From: Tubiluchus corallicola
Taxonomy: Eukaryota > Animalia > Priapulida
Reading direction: 5' to 3'
Length of the DNA: 64,000 bases
Assembly (NCBI GenBank): GCA_030141605.1
Contig: JAQGDQ010000885.1
Location: forward strand, 20,040 to 84,039
Positions 1 through 12,924 of the stretch are shown here, one piece after another; positions within the stretch are counted from its first letter, which is position 1; each line of letters begins with the position of its first letter. Position numbers and translations under genes: made by a program. The notes under the pieces were generated by a model, which did no database searches, was not told the origin of the DNA, and worked only from the letters and a program-made list of their open reading frames with translations.

Positions 1-535
1 CAACTTTTCTCATCCATGTTGCCAATTCTGCAGAGAGGGAAGTCACCAGCCTTTCTTTGATCAATAACATACTTTTGAAAACCCAAAAGTTTATGTTCAT
101 ATTGTGATGGCAATTTTTGTGCAATTTTCGTTCTCTGTCTCAAACTTATAGAGTGTCTGTTCAGAAAACGTGTACACCAATATGTTCCTCTATAAGCTGC
201 CTACGAATTGGCTGATGACGTCGGCTTCACCACTAGCTCACCCCCTCCAATACACCACTGGTGACACACAACCAAATAAAGAGTCAGATAGCGATGAAAA
301 TGTGTGGCTGGAAAATTGGCATTAGTGTCTGTCCTTGTGTTCATTTTGTTTCATGCGCATATAAGCCGACCCCCTGATTTCAGTATTGTATTTTATAGTT
401 CTAAATTCGGCTTATATGCGAGTATATACGGTAAGAATAATTATAGTTTTCGCAGGCTGTCTTGATAAAAAACATAAAGCGTATCAAAGTAATAAGTACC
501 GAAGTAGAGAAATTGGTTTCGAAAGTTATGCATAC

Positions 536-739
536 CACAGCAAAATAAGGTAGCCCGGGCTTGTAGTAATCAGGTCCTTGAAACGTCATTTTCACTGGAT
601 GCTGGTACTTGCTGACAGAAGCTTCACCTGTCAGCTCAACACCAGTTGCCTCCTCGGTCACTATGGCTTCTATTGTTATTCTTCTACCATCTCCAATAAT
701 TGACAGGACTTTAAAAGTAAAAGCGGCTTCTCCGTCAAT
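536..739 (-). CDS. TEP/CD109-like exon 10
   Basis: IDGEAAFTF...EAIVTEEATG...PDYYKPGLPYFAV. Confidence 0.88.
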
Positions 740-3700
740 CTGAAAATTTGTAACTGGTTACAACAAGCGTTAGCGCGAATACAAAAATTTCTGTTACAAA
801 GAAAATGAGGCATGCTATGCTCAACATTTGGTCACTTTGCTTTTCTTTATTGTTGACAGGTGTAAATGTTAACATTTTTACCTGGATAGTTTTTGTGAGG
901 ATTTTTCTCTGACCATCTAAAAGAGAAACCACGGCTTTACCTTTTACTGGACCACCGTGGGTATATCTGAAAAAAAGTTAAAAACTGTGTGCTGTTTACA
1001 CTGAAATGCAATCAATTCATTTTCACTGCTAAAATTTCCATATTTGATCGCAAGAGTAAAAATAATTCGTTGTATTGGTTGTGTATAGCTAGGTATTGGG
1101 TTTTATGGATGGCAAAACTATGAAGAGTCAGATTATAAAACTACACGTTTATTAAACATCAAACACAATAAGTATAACAGATAGTAATGCCAAGCCCCCT
1201 GATCTAGCTTGCTCTCCTTCAGCTCCCAGACTCAATCCCCTGAGCTGGGCGCATCACAAGGCTTATATATTGTGCTCCGAGCTTCGACACCTCGATTCTG
1301 AATCACTTACTCACGTGACACCACTCCTTAACTGGCTTCATACCAGCATTCATCAACGTAATTATTTATCATAATCTAACGCTTTTAACAAAGTTTAACA
1401 GGTCCTCTTTACTGCAAGGAATTACTTTTCGCTAAATAATTTTCATATTTAAAGAATGCAGATGCCGATCTTACTTCATCATTATTAAATTACAAGTGTT
1501 TGAAGCAAATAGAATTTTGTTGTTATTGCCAGCCACTTACTTTGCTCTGACAACACCAGAAAGTTCAAAACTGTCTCCGACTAGGAATGAGGGAAGATCA
1601 ACTTTAACTTCAAATCGTGGTAGAACTGAAAAAAGAATAAATTATAATTATTGATTTTTCACCCAACTCATTTTGTAGCTGATTAAACTGACAACATTCC
1701 AGCCAAATTGATCGGTTTACTTACGGTTCATACGATAAGATCTAAAACACCAAAGTCATTATTTTGATGGATTGTACTCATTATTCAAAGTTATTGTTAA
1801 TTTTTGGGATTCGGTTATTTGACATCGGTGATTAAACATTACCACAAAACGAGCAAAACACGAAAGTTATTTATGCTGGGAGTTCGTAAAATTTTGGGAG
1901 GCAAAAAACTTACCATATTCTTCGACTTCAAAGTTCTTTGAGGCTTCCTCTCCCTGTATTTGCGAAATAAAAAAAGAGTTTATTTTATACTATTCATGTT
2001 AGTAAATAGACAATTTTGTTGTCAGCAGACTAGACTTTATATATGACTTCCATTCAAACTGTTTGACTGATGAAAGAGCTATATTAAGAAAAACCAGTAA
2101 GACACTTACATCAGAGTTAAAAGTGATTTTCCACGTGCCAAAAACAGGCTGATCACTTAACATGAAATCCAACGTTGCAACACCTGAACACAACAGGAAA
2201 ATTTAAAGAACGATAATTTCATGTTTTTTTACTGTTACGGTACGGTTTATCATTAAAATTTGACTCATTGTTGCTAGGATGGGCGTACGGGCCTATTTTT
2301 TCAAAGAGGGCTGAGCCGTTTTTGCTCGAAAAATACAGCGGCAACCCGAAAAAAGCGCATGCCAACTTCGAGTCGAGAATTGATCAAAAAATACCCGAAT
2401 TTCGGGCACTTCATTTGACGTCGTGGAGATATTTCGAGATTTCCTTTTATAAAATATGTTTTTCATCATCTGGCCGGTGCTCGAAAAATCTGGTGATTGC
2501 TCCGATCCGGGAGGGGGATGCAGCCCCCAGCCCATACGCATATGACTGCTAGCCTGAGCGAAATGGCAATTTTTTTTATTTACTGATACCCGATCCAGCT
2601 TTTGCCAAATGTACAACCAAACTGGTTTATGAAGTTTTTTCACTTGTAACTTGAATGAGAGAGAGAAAATAACTGAATAGCTCGGCTGCAAAGTTAAGCA
2701 ACACCAAGCCGGGATAATAAAAGATGAATAAAAACTGACAAAACGGGCATATACCGTATTCAAATATCTTGGTGAGGGGGTAGGTGTACACATACGAACA
2801 TGGCTAAGTTGCTGCAGTAAAAATAATTTGTCTTATTGAGCGAGCATGCTTACCATTCACTGTAGTTAAACCCTTCCACTCCGTCATTTTATTTCCACTT
2901 GGATCTTTAATGTCAACATCTGGTGTCCCTTTGTATGGTTTTAGGTAAGGGTTAACAGTAATAGCTCTAAACTGAACTGCAATTTTAATCAAAATGTTTA
3001 TAGAATAACTGTAGTTGTATTGAGAATGCAATAAACACCATAGAAAACGATCAATGGCTAATTACTATTTACCACTAAGTTACAAACAATTTAAAAAATA
3101 TATCCACGTATGTAGATAACTTTTAAAGCCCTATAGCAGCATATAAGCCTAAATTACGTATTTCTAGCTATCGTAAGTAATAGGGACGTGCACAAGGGAG
3201 TGCTAGGGAGCGTGAAATAAAAAAGGATTTTGACAGAAGAAAATGAGCAATTGGTTTACACTATCCATTTAGGATTCTAAATCACTATTCAAAAAGTTTG
3301 AACAATAGGGACCCACTGGTTTCCTTTTGTAGATGTAGGTAAAAATAGATATTACAGTGACTAGGACACAGGACCACATTACAGCGTCATTATTATCTAT
3401 CCACATCTTGCCATTTTACAGGGTCCAACAAACTACGTATTGAATTACACCGTTTACAATACAGGTACACAATCGGCACGTTTCTGAAAACTCTTATGCT
3501 AACCTAAGCATACTATTATTCTCAATGATAATATATCTTGCGTATTGTATCTTTTTCACAAGGGATATAAGGCTTTATTATGATCTCGAGATCTACTGTT
3601 TAGTACTAAGGTTTTGTTTAAGCTTTTATTGGTATATAAAACAGTTTTTTCGTATAGGGAGGTGTATGATATCTCTTTAGGGCATTAAGCCTGTGTATTT

Positions 3701-6700
3701 AATTCTGCTTATGGGACTGTCCTAGGTAAAGGTATCTTTTGCTCACTGGAATAGCAGCAACTGCAAGAGCGGAGAGCTGAGCACTTTCACCTTTCAACAG
3801 CACAGAAACAACTCCCAAAATAACTCTCCAGGGAAGTAAAAGTACCTCCCTGGGACTCTGTAAAATCATAAACTGCTGAATGGCAAGAATGTGGACTATA
3901 TTCATTCGCCATTCTATTCAGCTTCTCGGCCAAATTTAGTATAAAACTTCTGGGTCGCAGTTCTTTCAGTTGTAAATCATCCATTACTAAGAATTAAGTA
4001 CATCGTGTGTTAATTTTTGAACGTACCTTTATCAGACGGTTTGTAAGTTGCTTTGTCTGTCTGTATGAAAACGGACCTTCCCTTCAAATTGTAATCTAAA
4101 TCGGTTGCATTATGAAAGCCAAATCCTTCGCCTGCTGAAACTGTTCCCCTTCCTTCCACTTCTAATACATAACTGCCCAGTGACAAATCATTTGGAAGCT
4201 AAAATAAAAAAGAGGGTATATCAAATACTAGTGCTACACTATTAAATTTAATTAACATAATTTACATAATTGAACAGCGTAGAAATAACGCGAGTCGTTT
4301 TTACAGGCTACTTAAGCATATTTTGTGCATCTTTAAGCGTGATTACAATGTTATGTTTACTACAATTAACTTTGGCTGCATTATCTGCCTGAAAAACAAG
4401 TTACTAAAATTATGATATTGCAAGTTATTCTAAACGAGTGGTCCTAATTTAAGAATCAACTTTATTCCGTTTGAATAGCTAATTTTCAACGAGAATAATA
4501 AACCAAAGTTAAAATTGAAATAATTGGGCACGACAATCAAATCAAGAGAGTTGTAGGCATAACTTGTCTCTTCGTTTTACGAATTAGCCAGAAGAGCATT
4601 TGCCACACTTCTCAATTTAAGTAGGGTGATTTTCTGCATACAGTTTAATTAGTCAATTAAAGCAATCATCTTTACAAAATATAAACTACGTACTCAATTA
4701 ATTACGTAGCAATTAATACGTATATATCATGTACTACACACCCTACACTCTAGCGAGCATACCTGTAACGAAACATTTCCGGGAATTCCAGGAGCAAATT
4801 CAACTTTTTCTGAAGCAATGAGGATTCCAGGATGTGGTATCTTCTCTTCGACTTCTAAACATAGCAATAATGAAAATTTATTGTATTGACCAAATTCGAA
4901 AATGGATGTTTCTAGTTTTCAAAGTATTATTGTATACCTAAATTAAATGGGACAACGTAAACTAATGTTTATGAAACAACTGTATAGCATCATAATTCCG
5001 AAGTTTTAAATCTCTAAAATTTCTAAGATGTTCATTTGTTTGTAAGGAATTATTGATGTCTCTGATAAATAACACTGCCAAACTATTGATATAAAAAGTC
5101 AAAGTCTTTGTTTAAACTAATTAAGACTTTGTCTGGGCAGCGGCCTTCAATGTTTAGACTCAGGAAGTGTTATCACTGACCACAGTGACCAGTAGTTAGG
5201 TATAATAACTGTTACTATCGTGATACGAGCGAAACATGAGCTTACGCAAAGTGAATTGCCTGAAATTTATCATGAAATTTTTAAATTTCACATTGCCAAC
5301 ATTTCAGCACTTAATTTATTGAACAACTTACGCGGTGGCTTGACCCGCCTTTTGTATATACTGACTGTCACTGTTACGTTTTGCGTTACGGTGTCCAATA
5401 TTGTCACAGCGGTGTTGTACGTCATACCAGGGCGTATAACTTGAGGTCCCACAATCACGTAAGAACTGGAAATAAAAAAAACATCAGTTTGTATCCTGCA
5501 CACTGAGGTGTCAATATTAATTAATCCTTTACACAAATTGACGAGGTGATAAGCTGAGCGGAAATGGTGCGTCTGGGTGCTCATAGACTGTGATGATAAG
5601 CAATTACGGCCCTGGCAAGTTAATGAATTGATGACTGTTAGGATAATTGGTTCTGGGGATGTTACCGGTTGAAGCTGTATATATATAGTTAAAGCAGATG
5701 TATACACATTTGAACACATGCCTCTGCCAGTTCAGCATTATGTCTATTTAGAGCATTGTCCTTGATGACTAGCAATGTGCCGGTGGAGCTCGACACAACT
5801 GTCTACATTAATCCTTTACCATTACAAGTTAAACATATCAAGTTCCTATCAGCATTTAAAACAAAAATAAATTGACTAATATTAACCAGATATGAATTAT
5901 TATATCGTATTAGAGTACAGCAAGAAGCAAGAAGCCGGCTAGTGTTCGATTTTAAAAGCAGCAACTGAATTTCTTGGTCGCACTCATTAGAGACACACGT
6001 ACAGTCTGATTTTGAAACCGTACTAGAGTACATAGAAAACAAAGACGCGTATAATGTGTGGACTTGGCTGTTGGACAAAATAAAGAAAGCTAGTGACCCA
6101 ACTCTTTTGCAGAAAACAATAACAGAACACAGCAAGCCGTTTTGGACAAGCAATCTATCGCAATTATCAAAAAAGCTAAGGGAACTCAGGAAAAGATATC
6201 TACGTTTGTCGAATGTTCCAAATACGTTAGCTTACTTGGAAGCAAAGAAGCAGTTCGATCAGATGTAAATGAGGAGCTCAACAATTGGGTAAATGAGAAC
6301 ACAGCCAATTTAAACATCGCGCAAGGTAAAACGTTTTGGAAAACCCACAGTAAACTTTCCGGAGAGAAATCGGATGTGCGGATTGAAACTTTGAAATACC
6401 AAAATAAATATTATATTGACGATAGTGATAAAAGTGACATATTGAACAAAACGTTCTTTAGTGGCTCCCATATTGACAGTGCAACATTCGACCAAGCATG
6501 GTTTAATGAAGTATGCCATTTCACCGAACGACCCCTTCCACAACCAAACGAACATTGGTGGTGCAATGATAACTTCACAATGGATGAAGTTGATAAAGCA
6601 ATAAAGAGCACACAAATGTGTAACAAAAGTATTGATACCGAAGGATGCCATCCACGGATGTTTCGTCACATGGGTTTTGGGCCAAAACAACATTTATGAA

Positions 6701-9527
6701 CTTTGTAAATATATGTTTAGAACAAAATGTGTGGCCATGGCAAAATGCAAAGGTTGTGTTCTTCAAGAAACCAGCAAAAGATAATTATTGTGACCCCAAT
6801 AATTATAGGCCGATTACTATTACTTCCTATTTTGGCAAACTGGCTGAAAAGCTTCTAGAAAATAGATTGCAGCTGTTTCTCAGTGAAAATAACTTGTTGA
6901 TGTTGAGCAAGAAGGATTTCCACCAGGGGGTAGTACAACCTGATATCTGACGAGACTAATTTCAAAATTATAAAGTAAACTAATCCAGAAAAGAGGCTGT
7001 ATTGCAGTGTTTTGCGACTTTAAAAAAGCATTCGACAGTGTGTGGTTAGACAGTTTAAGCTGGAAGTTGTATGACAAAGGCTTACGGGGCAACATCTTGA
7101 ACCTCTTGGTAGCATTGCTAAGAGACCTATTTAAATTTGTCCAAAAGATGTGACATTTGTTTAATAATCACCTGTCGAACAGATACTCTTGTCAGATAGG
7201 GTTACCCCAAGGTTTTAATGTGATAATTTGTTTAAGTGGTGTAACATGTGGCGTATGAATATTAACTGGGTAACCCCAAGGTGATAATGTGATAATTTGT
7301 TTAAGTGGTGTAACATGTGGCGTACGAATATTAACTGGGTAACCCCAAGGTGATAAACGTGATAATTTGGTTAAGTGGTGTAACATGTGGCGTACGAATA
7401 TTAACTGGGTCACCCCAAGGTGATAATGTGATAATTTGTTTAAGTGGTGTAACATGTGGCCTATGAATATTAATTGGGTCACCCCAAGGTGATAATGTGA
7501 TAATTTGTTTAAGTGGTGTAACATGTGGCCTATGAATATTAATTGGGTCACCCCAAGGTGATAATGTGATAATTTGTTTAAGTGGTGTAACATGTGGCCT
7601 ATGAATATTAATTGGGTCACCCCAAGGTGATAATGGGGATATTTGTTGAAGTAGTGTAACATGTGGCCTATGAATATTAACTGCGCCGGAATAAAACAGA
7701 AGCCATAATGTGCAAAAACTCATTGATATGTTGATAATGAACTTTACTCCTAATACCTTAGTTCTATTCACATATTTAATTGGTTCATTTCCAAACATTA
7801 GATTTGGGGGGTTTGGCTCGTATAATGAACTTAAATTTGAGGCGCACGTAACTACCACGAGACAGAAAGCCTGGAATAAATGGCATAAAATCAAAAAAAT
7901 TCTCTTTTAAATATAAAGGATTAAAAATGGCCACGATCGTTGCTTTAGCTAAAGTCACTGTTTTGCCAACATTGTTGTACACCGCTACATCCTGGCTAGA
8001 TTCAAAAATACAGGCTTTCGACGACCTTATATATATGATATACTCAAAACAGCCGTAGGTGTTAAATACAATCCCTGTTTTGCCAACATTGTTGTACACC
8101 GCTACATCCTGGCTAGATTCAAAAATACAGGCTTTCGACGACCTTATATATATGATATACTCAAAACAGCCGTAGGTGTTAAATACAATCCGCCAAAAAC
8201 TGAATTAGAATTAATATGTGGTTTACCAATAATCGATATACAGTTCTTGTCTATTGTCAGCGAATTTTTAATGAAAGCATTAGATAAACCAGAGGAAGAT
8301 GTAGTTAGGTGTGAAATTCAACTTACTGATCAGCTGCGTAATCTGGGCTTTAATCATTAATCTTTTATCATTTTAATCATTTATCATTTTATCACTTTAA
8401 TCATTTTTTGGCTAATCACATAGCAAAGGCTAAATTGTTTTTAACGATTAAAAAAGGTTGTAGAAATTGCTCGTAATGATACGTTGACGGTCGGTAATTT
8501 GGACAACGCAAACTTCAAATATAATAAAAATGAACTGGACAAATACATCAAAGTTTTATGGATAGAAAAATAGAACACGTAAACCAGTTGACCGGTAATC
8601 CACGAGAGTTAATTCCTGTATTTACAACACCGTTAGATACAGCAGTCAGTAAATATGACAGATTTATAGAAACAAGTGCCTTAGCTCTTCTACTTGGAAG
8701 AGGTTGCAAATCATTTAAATACAGGATAGGTATAACTGATTCAGATCTGTGTGTATGCGATTTGGGCAGTCAAACCCCCAGAACATTTAATTTTTCATTG
8801 TCCGTTACCATGTGTTAGACAAGATATAAGAGTGAATCTCGAACGCAGCTTAGAAAACAATGACATTCGAAACATTTACAGAAAGAGAGACACTAATGTA
8901 ACTAAAATGTACATAGATATTGTAAAAGAACTAACCCAAAATGATCTTATAGTAAATTGATTATAAATATTGGATATATATTTAGAATAAGTAAATTGTA
9001 ATGCAAAATTGTCAGCTTGTTTCGCAAGAAATTAATTTAATTTACATAGTGTAAAGACTCATTTTTGTACTTTTGTGCCCTGCAAATAGAGGGCTTATTG
9101 TATAATTTTCAATAAAGATTTTTAATAATAATAATCTGTAGACAAAGAAATCATGAACTTGACTAACCTATTCATGCAGGCAGTGGACTAACTGTGAAAT
9201 ATTACTTTTGTTTAAAAACTGGCCAGGGCCTGCACAAAACATAGATGCACCCAGCAACAATTTAGATATTTTTCTAAAAAGTTTATGAAAATGTTATCAT
9301 TTCCATTTTTTCTTGTATTTTGCTTTTATGTTTTAATTACCGTTTCATGTTTAAATCATCAAACCTAAACAAAGCAAAGACTGTTCTGCTAAACAGCCTA
9401 ACAAACTCTTGAGACCAACCAGTAAATTAAATAGCAAAAGAGTAACTTACTTAGCAGCCGTAGTTTCACGACATGTCAAACAAACAATTGCTATCAGAAA
9501 CAAGTGGAATGCGCGAATTCTTGCCAT
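536..9527 (-). CDS. Thioester-containing protein family gene (TEP/CD109/alpha-2-macroglobulin), 5' part: 10 coding exons, 362 codons, continuing off the left edge
   Basis: Exons 9451-9527, 5332-5465, 4763-4854, 4027-4198, 2854-2976, 2110-2183, 1914-1953, 1541-1625, 882-966 and 536-739 have GT-AG boundaries and compatible phases (2,1,0,1,1,0,1,2,0). They splice into a signal peptide plus MG-domain motifs typical of A2M/CD109: SYVIVGPQVIRPG, SVFIQTDKATYKP, DPSGNKM..W, EEYVLPRFEV, YTHGGPVKG, YYKPGLPY. The thioester motif lies outside the window. Confidence 0.9.
882..966 (-). CDS. TEP/CD109-like exon 9
   Basis: YTHGGPVKGKAVV, resembling the family YTYGKPV motif. Confidence 0.87.
1055..1413 (-). 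mobile_element. Solo-LTR-like dispersed repeat with AGT...ACT termini
   Basis: Termini AGTAAA/TTTACT flanked by the direct repeat GCAAG (1050-1054, 1414-1418); internal TATATAA and AATAAA on the minus strand; related copies at about 11565-11720, 13596-13833 and 34537-34980. Confidence 0.7.
1541..1625 (-). CDS. TEP/CD109-like exon 8
   Basis: VLPRFEVKVDLPSFL...VRAK. Confidence 0.9.
1914..1953 (-). CDS. TEP/CD109-like exon 7
   Basis: GEEASKNFEVEEY, joined in phase to VLPRFEV. Confidence 0.87.
2110..2183 (-). CDS. TEP/CD109-like exon 6
   Basis: GVATLDFMLSDQPVFGTWKI. Confidence 0.9.
2279..2544. mobile_element. Possible MITE
   Basis: Imperfect inverted ends (ATGGGCGTACGG / CCATACGCATAT) around a GC-richer, CpG-rich island in an AT-rich intron. 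Confidence 0.4.
2854..2976 (-). CDS. TEP/CD109-like exon 5
   Basis: VQFRAITVNPYLKP...IKDPSGNKMTEW. Confidence 0.9.
4027..4198 (-). CDS. TEP/CD109-like exon 4
   Basis: LPNDLSLGSYVLEVEG...SVFIQTDKATYKPSDK, the A2M MG2 signature. Confidence 0.9.
4763..4854 (-). CDS. TEP/CD109-like exon 3
   Basis: VEEKIPHPGILIASEKVEFAPGIPGNVSLQ; AG/GT boundaries with matching phases. Confidence 0.8.
5332..5465 (-). CDS. TEP/CD109-like exon 2
   Basis: SYVIVGPQVIRPGMTYNTAVTIL (MG1 start); T-rich acceptor ending CAG; GTAAGT donor. Confidence 0.88.
7198..7683 (+). repeat. 66-bp minisatellite (about 7 units) inside the LINE remnant
   Basis: Unit GGGTCACCCCAAGGTGATAATGTGATAATTTGTTTAAGTGGTGTAACATGTGGCCTATGAATATTAA(C/T)T. 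Confidence 0.9.
7958..8191 (+). repeat. About 120-bp tandem duplication in the LINE remnant
   Basis: CTGTTTTGCCAACATTGTTGTACACC...AAATACAATCC occurs twice (about 7958 and 8075). Confidence 0.85.
9451..9527 (-). CDS. TEP/CD109-like exon 1 (signal peptide MARIRAFHLFLIAIVCLTCRETTAA)
   Basis: ATG at 9527, hydrophobic leader, GTAAGT donor; phase 2 matches exon 2. Confidence 0.8.
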
Positions 9528-9597
9528 AGTTATCAATTTTAGCAGTCACTTATAAAAGAGCATACAGACTTCTTAAACACAGAGTATTTTAGTGTGG

Positions 9598-9721
9598 CTT
9601 TTATACATAAAGCACATATATATAATACTGCGGGATTCTGCAAAACACGCATCTCATTGGTCGCCATGCTAGTTTCTAAGAAGCAGTCATGACGCAAATG
9701 ACTTTGGTTTTACTAGCCAAT
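9598..9721 (-). promoter_or_regulatory. Putative TEP core promoter
   Basis: TATAAAAG on the minus strand at 9598-9605, about 70 bp upstream of the ATG; TGACGCAA (bZIP-like) near 9690 and CCAAT at 9717-9721. Confidence 0.45.
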
Positions 9722-11564
9722 AGGCAGTAAGCAATGGACTGCGCGCGCATCTTTTGAATAAGGCGTCAAATTTCGTTGTTGACAAACAAGAATAGGATGT
9801 CAATAATATGTATCTCTATCCTGGTTAAACGTGAACTGTATCAAACCTGCATTTGTGGCTAGACGAAACTTGCTGTTCTTTGATGGTGAAATACGAGTGA
9901 TGGAGCTCACAGCTAGATTTCATAATAAGACAGTTACAACCTATTCCACTTTAAAATACTATAAGCAAATGAACAAATGCTATTTGCTACGTTATGAATG
10001 CTATGAAATTATGCTATTTGCTTTTGCTCTTTTAAGTGCAATTATTATTTTCTTTTAACAAGACTTAACTTTTTAACAGAGAAAAGAAAATATTGAGTTG
10101 ATGTAATGCAACATACGATTGTTAATAGATTAAAAATAGAAAATAATAAAAGATAAAAAAATTTAACTAAACTAAACTATTATGTTGGTCCTTTCGGGTA
10201 AATTTATCGTTTATAGTCATTTTGACAATGTTTTACAATGGTGTTGATGACGATGATAAATCTAAATTAGTGTACAACATACGTGTACAATGCCTCTTTT
10301 GCAGGTGAACTTAAACACATATATTTGTATGTTTGTAACAAGTTTGACACGATGTACAGAGCAATATTGATGCTAACAACTGATTATGTTATAAAATCGC
10401 AATTAATGTAATTATTTTAATGACAAGCTGTAACAATATTATTTATATTAGTTTTATTATCACCACTGTGCATGAAATTCAGTGATAGCAAATCCATGAT
10501 ATTAGCAATTTTCTATTAGCGCAGTGCTTAGTCGATTTATTTACTAAAGTGAAATTATAAAATTGTCTTAAGAAATTTACAAATTGTTTTAGCAGTAACT
10601 TGTTTCTATCTAAGTAAACTTTATTCATAGTGCCTTCCTGTAAGTAAACTGTAGTAGCCTTTTTCTTGAGGCACGATTCAAAACGTAAAATGAAATTTAA
10701 TACTAAACGCAATAGGACAAAACAGGTTAACAAAATAATAATAATAATGATAATCAGTCAGTTCTTATGAAACATTTCAAGTAAAAATTTATTCAAGACA
10801 TCAATTCAACTGATTTGATCGGTTGATTGGTCGTTCATTAACTAGCATATAGGCACAACTGCATTACGACGAAAACGCTTTTACGCAAGCGTTAGTGTTC
10901 TTGTTTGATATAATTTTTTGCTATGAGTTAAATTCCGTTTTGCATTGCTTGTGAAAACTTCCTTTTATTCTGAGTGTAATTGCATTTTTGCTTTGAGTAG
11001 ATTTTTGTTGTGTTTGTTTGATGTTATTTTTTGCTCTACATTGAATTTCATTAATTTTTTGCTTGATGTTATGCTTTGAATTGCATTTCTGCTTTGAATT
11101 CATTTTTGTTGCTTTTGCCTTTTATATGTGCACAAACACCTAAAAATGTCAAGAGCCTGTGAGTAAACTTGTATTTTTAATAAGGGGCAGCTGACCAAGT
11201 GACCAATTGGTCTTTCGCTGCTCCTTCTCAGCTGCAATGAAATGTAAATATAATTATGACAAATTCTAACTGCTATTGAGAAAATTAAAATAAAAAAATG
11301 GATCTCGGAGAGCGAACTCTTTACGCAGATTCGGAAATGCAGAGGGCCAGAGTCGCGAGTAAGTAACTGGGGTGGCTGCAGGTCAAAGGACAACCGGACA
11401 AAGAATCACCCCACACCAGTGGATGCGCTGACAACAGCTTTAGTGAAATGCAACAATCCAAGGGATCAAGGACACTGGGCATCGGTCAGGTTTTCGATTT
11501 TCTCCTAACGCTTTGAGTTAAATATATTGTTTTTAATAAGTGTTTATGTAATGTGGGTAGATGT

Positions 11565-11720
11565 GAATATCGTGCGCCGAGCTTCGACGCCTACACCTCG
11601 GTTTTGAATCACTTGCTCACGTGACACCTGTCCTTAACTGGGCTTCATGCCAGCATTCATCAACATAATTATCTATGATAATCTAACGTTATTAACATAA
11701 TTTAACAGCTGCTCTTTACT
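11565..11720 (-). mobile_element. Partial copy of the AGT...ACT solo-LTR-like repeat
   Basis: Matches 1270-1413 (CCGAGCTTCGAC...CACGTGACACC...CTCTTTACT). Confidence 0.7.
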
Positions 11721-11933
11721 CTAGTCACGGATGTGATCGCAGATGTACACACCTCCACGATCAATTTTGCATAGAAAGACGATATTTATTTTCCCTGCTC
11801 TCTAATAACAAAGCACTGTATTGCATGCGGGGCAAAATAAGTCCAGATATCTACATGTAGTGCAAACAGGAGTTCAAGTGGACAAAGTCATCAAAGGATT
11901 ATAACAATATTATTACAATTCTGATGGCCTCAA

Positions 11934-12265
11934 TCTTCTTCTTCTTCTTCTTCCCAGCTTTTCCCTATGCGGGGTCGTCATTGTGAATGAGTCTTCTCTA
12001 CGCATTCCTGTTGTTGACCATCTCTTCATTTATGTTCTTCTCTCTAAGGTCTCCATTAATACATTCAAACCATCTCAGCTTGGGTCGTCCTCTTCTTCTA
12101 TTTCCCATCACTTCCATTTCCATGACCTCCCTTCCCACATGATCTTCCCCGACTCTTCTTTTGAGGTGTCCATATCATCGCAATCTTGCCTCTTGTATCT
12201 TTTTCGAGGCTTCCACTACTTTCACTGTTCCTCTGATATTACTATTCCTGATTTTATCTCTTCTC
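11934..12265 (-). mobile_element. 3' fragment of an RTE-clade LINE with (GAA)n tail
   Basis: Minus strand reads ARLR*YGHLKRR...GNRRRGRPKLRWFECINGDL...RLIHNDDP, an RTE-type C-terminus, followed by the (GAA)n tail. Confidence 0.8.
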
Positions 12266-12924
12266 TGATGGCCTTAATAATAAAGGCGACTAAGGCGTAA
12301 AATTTTCTTAGTCCCCAAAACGGTGAAATGTTAATTTATTATTTTTCAAAGTAAGCAACTGAACAAGGAATTTGTTATAAATCGTTGTTCTGTCTATGTA
12401 TCAATTGTTTTTAGTAATTTAAGTAAGTTTTTTTGATTGCGATTCCAGTACGCGTACATGTCTTCTGCACACCGTAAATAGGATTTTAATAGCAGAACAG
12501 CAGTCCATAAATTCAACTTTTTCAATTCAATGTTCTGAAACAAAACTTCTAGAAACTTCTCGGACACGCTATATAAGGCGAAGCAGGCCACTGAGTCAGA
12601 CACACGGACGCCATTTACACATTCTCTTGTATACTTACATTTTCAGATACACTCAAACATTGTCCAGATTTTCACGTTTAGTGTAAACATTTCGCGTTCC
12701 TTCATACTTTTGTGTTGTAGAATTCTCGCTTAATAAACTAGTTTAATTTGACGGCGTTTTCTGGTTTTCTCTACGAGCCTTCCGAGAGAAACAAAACACA
12801 ACATTTGCTTATGCTTCTTATTTGTGAAATTATCTACATACAAAATTTCCTGAAAACTACAACCTCCCTCGGTGCCGGCTCTAGGTAGTTTGACGCCCTA
12901 GGTAAGTCAACCTCTAGTCAATGG

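Larger units (their letters stand above)
5520..9134 (+). mobile_element. Degenerate non-LTR retrotransposon (LINE ORF2 remnant) in TEP intron 1
   Basis: Broken frames match the intact LINE at 24.7-29.6 kb: HSKPFWT, NYRPITITSYFGKLAEKLL, FCDFKKAFDSV, IGLPQG, CVCDLGSQT..EHLIFHC. Ends in AATAAA plus (TAA)n at 9111-9134. Many stops and frameshifts; the 5' boundary is approximate. Confidence 0.88.

Noticed and set aside
3699-3984. Short ORFs in a TEP intron, possibly a transposase relic or extra exon
   Set aside because: No motif I can identify, and exons 4 and 5 already join in phase.
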